A stretch of DNA of 64,000 nt from contig JBHGNT010000008.1 in assembly GCA_043228905.1 (NCBI GenBank), positions 7,812,001 through 7,876,000 of the forward strand, in the 5' to 3' direction. Shown one piece after another: positions 54,187-62,782 of this stretch. A model generated the notes under the pieces. That model did not search any database. It had not been told where the DNA came from and saw nothing but the letters and a program-made list of their open reading frames with translations. The stretch's first letter is position 1. Every line of letters begins with the position of its first letter. The translations under genes and the position numbers were made by a program. Origin of the DNA: Azolla caroliniana (lineage: Eukaryota; Plantae; Polypodiophyta).

Positions 54187-54767
54187 GGGAGTATGTTATG
54201 TACACATAACATTGGTGAGGGTAGGTCACTAATATTTACATTAGTGAAGGGTATGTTCACTATTATTAAAAAGGGGACTAATGATTGGGGGTAAAAGCAT
54301 GCGAGTGGAAACACTATTATAGCTAATTAGCTACTAAAATGGCCATAGCTAATTAGCTATTTGTTTAGCTAGTCTTTTTTGTGGGAAAATCAAATATTTG
54401 AAAAACTAATTTATGAAAAAACTCAAATATTTGAACTTCTGTTTCAGACGTAGTGGAACTTGGGGAATATCACCATCATCTAAGGTCGACTTCAATGTCA
54501 TCAATTTCCTGTTTAGCCTAAGTCTGATTTTGAACGCAGATGGAGTACTCAGAGCACGAACGCAGACGTAGCTCCCGCAACTGCAAAAAATCGACATTGC
54601 AGATTGAGAGCTACAACACAGAACCCGCTCGATCATCGTCCAGGTATGTTTCAGTTACAGAAACCCCAAACATTTGTTTTTTCTTTTTGACTACTGTCTG
54701 AACTTTGGTGCCGATTCATATTTCCCCAAAATCGAATAGGGCGAAGTCCTTGGAGTCCCATACAAGG

Positions 54768-57700
54768 ATGTCTCGCAAATTGGGGAGTAGCAACAGGTGT
54801 GTTTATATTACTTTTTTTGTGTTTAATCCTGTCTTTAGTGATTAGGGTTTGTGATTGAAATTTCTGATTAGGGTTTGTGATTGAAATTTCTGATTAGGGT
54901 TTTTGATTATAAATTTCTGATTAGAATTTCTGAATAGGGTTTCTGGTTACAAATTTTGATTACAAATTAGAATTTCTGAATAGGGTTTTTGTTTATAAAT
55001 TTCTGCTTAGGATTTCTGATTAGGGTTTGTGATTGAAATTTTTTATTAGGGTTTCTGATTGAAATTTCTGATTAGGGTTTTTGATTATAAATTTCTGATT
55101 AGAATTTCTGAATAAGGTTTTTGGTTACAAACTTCTGATTACAGATTTTGATTAGGGTTTCTGATTTCAAACTTCTGATTACAGATTTTGATTAGGGTTT
55201 CTGATTTCAAATTTCTGAATACAAATTATGATTAGGGTTTCTGATTTGCTAAGTTAAAGATTTTGCACCATTTTTGTTGTTGTTGATTGGGGTTTTTGAT
55301 TCTCACATATTCTGATTTTGCACTATTTCTGATTTCTGAAATGATATTTCAGATGGCTCGTTCCTCCGTATACGAGGGTGCTAAACTTCGCAAAATTTTG
55401 CGAGACAAAGGAGGACTTCCACAACACCTATGGTCTGTCACTCGAGGGTGTTGACCCTGCTGTCCTAAGTGATAAATTGATCAGTGATATAGACTGGATG
55501 ACAGTATATACAGTGCCTAGAGTCAAAGGCAAGGTCAAGCTGAAGCATGTACGAGCCGACTTGTACGATGACTGCATGAGACTGCACCAGAAAGTTCATC
55601 AGGAGATCCCAGTCAACAATGAGTTGTCAGTTTCATTTGCTAGATCATTTGCATATGAGTACTGCAAAACAGCGAAGGAATCTAGAGACCCTGAAATGTA
55701 TAGGGTAGCTTGGGCAGTCTATGGTGAGGCATCGGTAAAAAGATGCCGAAAGATGGGGACCTTGGCACAAAAAATAGACAGATTTTGGAGCATGGCAGCT
55801 GTTGATGCAACTGCCGACTCCCAGCAAGACCGGGGGCATACACCACACCGACACCCAAGGAAAGCCAATGTCGATGATACAGGTGAGACATTGGTTAGCT
55901 ATATGCTAAACAATGTCCATGAAGCCTGTGAGACATTGGCATTTTTTAAGACTGATTTAGAGAAAGCCACAATGGCTTATGCAATGGAGAGCAAAGTTAC
56001 TTTTGCTGTTACAACAATTAGAAATAAGATTCAGGTAACTATTGTTTTGCTGGTATGTGATTGTGTTATAAATAACGGGTAAAATGTGCTAATCAAGCAT
56101 TATCTGGAATAGGTTGCGCAACAGGATCTTGAATTAGAGGGGCCACTGGATCCCCAGCGTAAAATAGAACTGCAAATAGAGATCCAGGTTCTTTCAATGA
56201 ACCTGGACCTTCTAGGTGTAAATACTGTTGCAGATTACAATTTGGATAAGCTTCAAGTAAGTTAACGATTCCTGAGCAAAGTTGGTGTATCTTTCAACAA
56301 CAAGAATAATTAATCGGTAAATTTCTCTGTTGCGTTGAAGGAACAATACATTCATCAAGAACAGGTAGTTAGCTGCCTTAAGAAGAAGCTATATTTTGTG
56401 GAGGGAATGGTAAGGACCAGACAGGATTTGGACCTGAACATTCTTGCTCCCTTACCAAATGAAGTAGAACCAGAAAATGATTTATTGACAGTTCAAGCAC
56501 GTTGCATCGCTTGCGGGTTAGGTGTGGAGGACAAAACTGCGTCTTTGTTGGTTCACCTACAACCATGCAACCACACATACCATCTGCTTTGTTTTCAACA
56601 TGCCTGTCGAATTGCTGCATTCTGTTTGGGAGATTGCAGTACAACTCTACCAAATGAGTGGAGAAAACAAACAGGTATACCATACTGTAGCTAATAAGCT
56701 TAGTCTTTTCTAATTAGCTATCCTACTAGCTAATTAGCTACTGGCAGCTAATGAGCTACTAGATAATTAGCTATCCTAGTAGCTAATTAGCTATGGTACT
56801 AGCTAATTAGCTAGTACCATAGTTGTGTAAAAAAGCTAAATAGCTATCCTACTAGCTAATTAGCCACTGGCAACTAATTAGCTATCCTAGTAACTAATTA
56901 GCTACTGCCATAGTTGTGTAAAGTAGCTAATAAGCTATCCTAGTAGCTAGTTAGCTATGGTACTAGCTAATTAGCTAGTACCATAGTTGTGTAAAAAAGC
57001 TAATTAGCTATCCTACTAGCTAATTAGCTACTGGCAACTAATTAGCTATCCTACTAGCTAATTAGCTATCATAGTAGCTAATTAGCTACTGACATAGTTG
57101 TGTAAAGTAGCTAATAAGCTATCCTAGTAGCTAGTTAGCTATGGTACTAGCTAATTACCTAGTACCATAGTTGTGTAAAAAAGCTAATTAGCTATCCTAC
57201 TAGCTAATTAGCTACTGGCAACTAATTAGCTATCCTACTAGCTAATTAGCTATCATAGTAGCTAATTAGCTACTGACATAGTTGTGTAAAGTAGCTAATA
57301 AGCTATCCTAGTAGCTAATTAGCTACTGGCAGCTAATTAGCTATCCTAGTAGCTAATTAGCTACTGGCATCTAATTAGCTGTCCTAGTAGCTAATAAGCT
57401 ATCCTAGCTACTACATAGTTGAGAAAGTAGCTAATTAGCTTTCATTGTAGCTAATTAGCTATCCTAGCTACCACCATAGTTAGTAAAGTAGCTAATTAGC
57501 TATCCTAGCTACTACCATAGTTAGTAAAGTAGCTAATTAGCTATCCTAGCTACTACCATAGTTGAGTAAAGTAGCTAATTAGCTACCATAGTAGCTAATT
57601 AGCTATCCTAGCTACTACTATAGTTGTGTAAAGTAGCTAATAAGCTATCCTACTAGCTAATTAGCTATCCTAGTAGGTAATTAGCTATGGTACTAGCTAA

Positions 57701-58981
57701 TTAGCTAGTACTATAGTTGTGTAAAAAAGCTAATTAGGTATCCTACTAGCTAATTAGCCACTGGCAACTAATTAGCTATCCTAGTAACTAATTAGCTACT
57801 GCCATAGTTGTGTAAAGTAGTTAATAAGCTATCCTAGTAGCTAATTAGCTACTAGCAGCTAATTAGCTATCCTAGTAGCTAATTAGCTATCCTACTAGCT
57901 AATTAGCTACTACCATAGTTGAGTAAAGTACCTAATTAGCTATCCTACTAGCTAATTAGCTACTACCATAGTTGAGTAAAGTACCTAATTAGCTATCCTA
58001 CTAGCTAATTAGCTATTGGCAACTAATTAGCTATCCTAGTAGCTAATTAGCTATCCTACTAGCTAATTAGCTGCTGGCAACTAATTAGCTATCCTACTAG
58101 CGAATTAGCTATCCTAGTAGCTACTGCCATAGTTGTGTAAAGTAGCTAATAAGCTATCCTAGTAGCTAATTAGCTACTGGCAGCTAATTAGCTATCCTAG
58201 TAGCTAATTAGCTACTGGCAGCTAATTAGATGTCCTAGTAGCTAATAAGCTATCCTAACTACTACCGTAGTTGAGTAAAGTACCTAATTAGCTATCCTAA
58301 CTACTACCATAGTTGAGTAAAGTACCTAATTAGCTATCATACTAGCTAATTAGCTATCGTACTAGCTAATTAGCTATCCTAGCTTCTACCATAGTTTAGT
58401 AAAGTAGCTAATTAGCCATCCTAAATAACTGTCATGTTATTGTAGAATCTTGTGGATTAAGGACGGCACATGATGTGTCTGGTGCTGATGATGCTGCAAC
58501 AGATGAGGATACTACTACCAATGTGGCTGAAAGTAAGAGTCCTGCTATCACATCTCCTTCAGATCAGCTGCACCCTATTCTTTTGGAACAGTGTACTGAA
58601 TTAGGCAACGATGTGAAATGCCATGAAATAGTGGAAACAACATGTAAAACTGAGGTTCACAACAACAGTGTTTATGAACACTTGATGCAACATTTCTTCG
58701 AGTCTCAAGACCTTGATTCCACCCCACCGAGCCCAACTACTGAAAATGTCCAAACAGATCCCTCTGTACTTGAAAAGCTAGTTCAAGAAACGGCTGATGT
58801 GCAATTAGCTGCCGAGGCGATGGGAAGGTTGTCGGAGGAGGACACACTTGCGCATTGGGTCCTAGAAGCAAGGCTAAATGGGGAACCAACCAGAAAAAGG
58901 CTGAAGAAGGGGCCACGATCGGGAACAAGACCAGTTACTCGGTCAAGGGGCCCAGACGTAGTGGAGCGAAATACTGTTTAG
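54768..58981 (+). CDS. Transposon-borne RING-H2 protein, 5 exons: 54768-54796, 55353-56034, 56113-56256, 56341-56674, 58446-58981 (574 aa)
   Basis: All four introns are GT-AG and phase-compatible (2,0,0,1), giving 1725 nt without an internal stop. CIAC...PCNHTYHLLC...CLGDC RING-H2-like motif; coiled-coil-like middle; acidic tail ending in basic RKRLKK. Confidence 0.75.
54838..55245. repeat. Telo-box-containing 13/26-bp tandem repeat in intron 1 of the RING gene
   Basis: Unit TTAGGGTTTCTGA-TTGAAATTTCTGA; 9 perfect TTAGGGTTT copies. Confidence 0.9.
56688..58420. repeat. TAGCTAATTAGCTA palindromic satellite (~20-bp period, 164/184-bp higher-order blocks) filling intron 4 of the RING gene
   Basis: Dozens of copies of the 14-bp palindrome; the marker AGTTGTGTAAAAAAGC recurs at 56821, 56985, 57169 and ~57715. 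Confidence 0.97.
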
Positions 58982-59151
58982 TTGGATATGATTGTTAGCT
59001 TAGGGATTTTGCTAGGGTTTTATGAAGTTTTACTATCCTGTTGGACAAGTAAAACCTCAGATTGGTTGTTGCTTGATCCACATTATGTAATGGAACTCTA
59101 TGATGTTTTTCCAAGATAATTTGAAGAGTGTTGTTCTATGACTGAAACTCT

Positions 59152-60285
59152 TTGATGTTCAGGATATTGTTTTGTGAGACTATTAGTTACTTTGTGAGTG
59201 TGAATATGTTGGTGTTTTCTGATGTTGCAGAGTCTAAAGGGTTTGATTCTATTGCTCGTAAGGCCAATGGCAGTGTGGATACTGTTGATGTTGCGGCATG
59301 TTTAAAGGGCCCCATCTTGAAAGTAGATGTAGCAACTGACACAAGTGATCTGGTCACACAAGTTGATCAAGCATGTAGCACGGATGACTTGGTGTTGCAG
59401 GTAGATGCAGCATGTAGCACGGATGACTTGGTGTTGCAGGTAGATGCAGCATGTAGCACGGATGACTTGGTGTTGCAGGTAGATGCAGCATGTGATACCA
59501 GTGGACTGATATCGAGCAGAACAGTAGCTACATGCACTGAGGTAATCCAAGGATTGATAACTAAGTCGACAAAACAAGAGCACCAGAATGTGAAGCTAGG
59601 CCCAACACAGTCGACTAGGGGTTTAAAGAGGAAAAGGACACCAGTTGTGTCAGCCGAACCTGAGCTGATTGAGATTGATCGTATCCTACCAGAAAATGGT
59701 GTAACAGCGGCTCAGTTTCAGGAATGGAAACCTAAACCACTAGAAGTCGAAAGAAGAGCCTTGATCTTGGAGCTTGATAAAGTCTTGATGAGTGTGAGAT
59801 ATATGCAGCCAAGGAGGGACGCAAATCAGTTTCTAGAGTGGGCTGTGGAATACTTTGATTTGTTTATTTGGAGTGAAAAACCAAAATCAGATGTGTGGAA
59901 GTGTTTGGCAAGATTCTTCCCAAAATGGCGAAGTCGTTTTAAAGGTCAATGGGCACGAGAAAATTGTGAGCAAATGGAAGCTGCAAGATTCAAGAGACTT
60001 TCTGATTTTTGGGCTACTTGGCCTGAATATAATGCCGACAATACATTGATTTTGGATACAGAACATTTCCGACACTACTTCAATATTCGGAGATGCTGTC
60101 TCATTCTACCCGAGGAAATGCCTGAACAATACCTGGTGCAAACAGTGAGCTGCCAACTAGGTGCATGGTTGTGGACTCCATACCGAGCTCAATATGCGGA
60201 TAATATATGTAGACTCGTTCCACTGACTAGCAAGAGCTTAGCTGTTTATAGGAGATTTGTAGACATTTCCAATGGTAATTTATAA
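59152..60285 (+). CDS. FCP1/NIF (HAD-like) phosphatase-homology protein, probably catalytically dead, with N-terminal 13-aa repeats
   Basis: ALILELDKVL (at the DxDxT position), QFLEWAVEYFDLFIWS, WARENC, KRLSDFW, YNADNTLILDT match the NIF domain layout. The 5' end is uncertain; possible splice acceptor at 59230. Confidence 0.65.
   Translation: MMFRILFCETISYFVSVNMLVFSDVAESKGFDSIARKANGSVDTVDVAACLKGPILKVDVATDTSDLVTQVDQACSTDDLVLQVDAACSTDDLVLQVDAACSTDDLVLQVDAACDTSGLISSRTVATCTEVIQGLITKSTKQEHQNVKLGPTQSTRGLKRKRTPVVSAEPELIEIDRILPENGVTAAQFQEWKPKPLEVERRALILELDKVLMSVRYMQPRRDANQFLEWAVEYFDLFIWSEKPKSDVWKCLARFFPKWRSRFKGQWARENCEQMEAARFKRLSDFWATWPEYNADNTLILDTEHFRHYFNIRRCCLILPEEMPEQYLVQTVSCQLGAWLWTPYRAQYADNICRLVPLTSKSLAVYRRFVDISNGNL
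59362..59497 (+). repeat. 39-bp coding tandem repeat (VDAACSTDDLVLQ x ~3.5)
   Basis: GTAGATGCAGCATGTAGCACGGATGACTTGGTGTTGCAG repeated. Confidence 0.95.
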
Positions 60286-60430
60286 ATATGTAAAGAGATG
60301 ACATTATTCAATGAAGAATTTAATTACTTGTTCCCACTGTACTTATCTACTGTGTAATTTGAGGAATATGTTGTAGATTGTTGATTTCATTCTATTGATG
60401 ACTATTTAGCTATTGACAGCTAATTAGCTG

Positions 60431-60944
60431 CATTTGTACAGCTAATTAGCTGCATTTGTACAGCTAATTAGCTACTGATGACTATTTCGCTATAACTTAT
60501 AACTTAAAACTTAACAAAAAAGACATGATTTTATTGAGAAAGAAGCACAGAAAGCAGACTGTATACAAGAAATTGATTCCAAACGAATTTATTGATCTGT
60601 TTTCGCGAAATACATGTTTGTTTTACAAGAGAACATGGTAAGTGCTACTTGTAGCTACAAATTCCATGGCATACTATTGTAAATACATTTGTACAGCTAA
60701 TTAGCTGCATTTGTACAGCTAATTAGCTACTGATGACTATTTCGCTATAACTTATAACTTAAAACTTAACAAAAAAGACATGATTTTATTGAGAAAGAAG
60801 CACAGAAAGCAGACTGTATACAAGAAATTGATTCCAAACGAATTTATTGATCTGTTTTCGCGAAATACATGTTTGTTTTACAAGAGAACATGGTAAGTGC
60901 TACTTGTAGCTACAAATTCCATGGCATACTATTGTAAATACATT
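60431..60944. repeat. 255-bp tandem duplication of the transposase 3' end and 3' UTR
   Basis: Block starting CATTTGTACAGCTAATTAGCTGC at 60431 and again at 60686. Confidence 0.92.
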
Positions 60945-62751
60945 CATACACATTAGCACCAACAGTGTATAAACCGGAGCAGCTATTGTATTCTGACATT
61001 GGGACGTTGATGCATCTGACCAAATGAGAGTACATATACGCCGCTGGTTTGTCTTCTAACAGCCTGTACACATATTCGTAGTCATCTAGTTTTGCATAAA
61101 AAATGCCTTCGATGTAGAATGTCCTGGCAGATACAAAATTTCCCCATGCATCTACAATATTCTGCCTTGCACACTGTTTACTAACTGTGCACTTTAATAT
61201 ATAGAAATCAGCACCCTCTGAATTGCCTTCTTCAGCATTTACAGTGAAGTTATCCCCAACGTTCAGGACATCACTCAAAGTATCTCCAAGTCCCTCATAT
61301 GTGACGTCAGCATTCTGCCCTGTTTCTCCATCAACTGCTTCCTTATCATTCAGAGTGTGATACTCCCAATTCTCAATGTATGCTTTGTTTAGACAATATC
61401 TCCAATTTCCCTGCACACAATGGAAGCAAAAACAAGTCAATTCTCTAACCGCAATACAATGACCATCCAACCTGGAATAACCGCGAACAACATGCAGAGA
61501 TCGCAATTTGGGAATTCCTTGGCACTCCCAGGTCTTCTCCCTATTTACTTCATCTATCTTCACTTCCCAAAATTCACGTTTGATATCTCGAACTTGGGAG
61601 GAATAAACACCTGTGGCACTCGTCGACATATTTGTTCTTAAAAATTCAACTACATGTGATGCACAATTCATGTGCACACCATCTGTCTTTAGTTGTTCAT
61701 GGGTAAGTGCCCGCTTTATAACAGCCCCTGCACCATCATGTTCACCTTTATCATGGCCAGACCCAAAAAAATTCCATCTCATCTCCAAACCTGTTATAGC
61801 AGGATACCTCCCCACAAAATAAAATGGACGTCGAGCCTTGAATTGTGACGCAGCTCCGTCAGACCAGACCCAATGTTGAGTAAGCTCCAAACGTTGAGCT
61901 AATAACCACTGCCAATGTAACTTAAAACAGTGTTGGACGAACAAGGTATCATGCTTCTTATCATTGGAAATAAAGAAATGAATTACTTTTTTAACATCAC
62001 CTGAAACTCGAAAATATGTTATGTGCACAAAAATGGTTACCTGAACTGAACACCAATGCATAGATTGAATTTCATTCTGCTGCTTGAAAGTATAATTCTC
62101 TGCGAAATCTACTACTGAGACTACTACATCATTTGGGAAATCAGATATGCAAGTCTTAAACTGATGGGCCTGCCATGAATAAATGAAGTTGTGTTTAATG
62201 AACTTTCCTAGAGATACTACAAACAGAGACACCAAATCCCTTGGTTTAAGCATCTTCCGAACTAGATCCTTTCTTTTACACACCTTTCCTTCGAAATTGG
62301 TGTTCACTGACTCAAATAACTTCACAGAGATCAATATTTCACTACTCAATTCATTTGGACACCACCTAAATCTAGTAGGGCCACAATCTTGACATAAACC
62401 CATGACACATTTATGAATATGGAAGATAGCGTCAGTTTCTCTCGGACACAATATTGAATCTAATAAATAACTCATGGAAGAGATAACATGCTCAGATGAT
62501 TTACACTCCTCTTGCGGGCTTGATCGACAGATTGGGCACCCACATGTGCAAACTGTATTAGTTAGGGATGCGCTATGGTGACGTAGTAGATTAACAGAGT
62601 CCTTCAGAAAACCCATCTGTACATGGTAAATGCAACAACATGTGTATCGATCCTTTAAGCGTCTCACAAAGTGTGGCTTAAGAGACTCGAATGTTCGTAG
62701 TTGAACTTTGATAGTTGGATGCATTCGTTTGAACCTAATAAATAAATCGAC
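60910..62751 (-). CDS. Sola2-like DDD transposase, last exon (N-terminus upstream, beyond a satellite intron)
   Basis: FESLKPHFV, TCCCIYH, Cys clusters, VDFAENY (D at 62107-62109), EIQSMHW, WSDGAASQFK (D at 61858-61860), GSGHDKGEHDGAGAVIKR (D at 61735-61737), C-terminal CFCFHC. Phase-0 acceptor ...ACGCAG|GTCGAT at 62751. Confidence 0.8.
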   Translation of the reverse strand, partial: VDLFIRFKRMHPTIKVQLRTFESLKPHFVRRLKDRYTCCCIYHVQMGFLKDSVNLLRHHSASLTNTVCTCGCPICRSSPQEECKSSEHVISSMSYLLDSILCPRETDAIFHIHKCVMGLCQDCGPTRFRWCPNELSSEILISVKLFESVNTNFEGKVCKRKDLVRKMLKPRDLVSLFVVSLGKFIKHNFIYSWQAHQFKTCISDFPNDVVVSVVDFAENYTFKQQNEIQSMHWCSVQVTIFVHITYFRVSGDVKKVIHFFISNDKKHDTLFVQHCFKLHWQWLLAQRLELTQHWVWSDGAASQFKARRPFYFVGRYPAITGLEMRWNFFGSGHDKGEHDGAGAVIKRALTHEQLKTDGVHMNCASHVVEFLRTNMSTSATGVYSSQVRDIKREFWEVKIDEVNREKTWECQGIPKLRSLHVVRGYSRLDGHCIAVRELTCFCFHCVQGNWRYCLNKAYIENWEYHTLNDKEAVDGETGQNADVTYEGLGDTLSDVLNVGDNFTVNAEEGNSEGADFYILKCTVSKQCARQNIVDAWGNFVSARTFYIEGIFYAKLDDYEYVYRLLEDKPAAYMYSHLVRCINVPMSEYNSCSGLYTVGANVYECIYNSMPWNL

Positions 62752-62782
62752 CTGCGTAATAAAGGGGAATTAGTTATTCTCG

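Larger units (their letters stand above)
47551..54288 (+). mobile_element. Young Ty3/gypsy chromovirus; 3' LTR interrupted after 95 bp
   Basis: 5' LTR 47551-48022; iMet PBS TGGTATCAGAGC 48024-48035; PPT 54181-54193; 3' LTR 54194-54288 matches the first 95 bp of the 5' LTR with 1 mismatch. Confidence 0.95.

Noticed and set aside
54312-54322. CACTA terminus (CACTATTATAG)
   Set aside because: It lies ~23 bp inside the junction with the LTR, and the transposase is not TnpD-like.
54838-55245. Interstitial telomere
   Set aside because: TTAGGGTTT is embedded in 13/26-bp units, not (TTTAGGG)n.
55353-55454. ATG at 55353 as the start of the RING gene
   Set aside because: That frame stops after 33 codons; the long frame needs the phase-2 splice from 54796.
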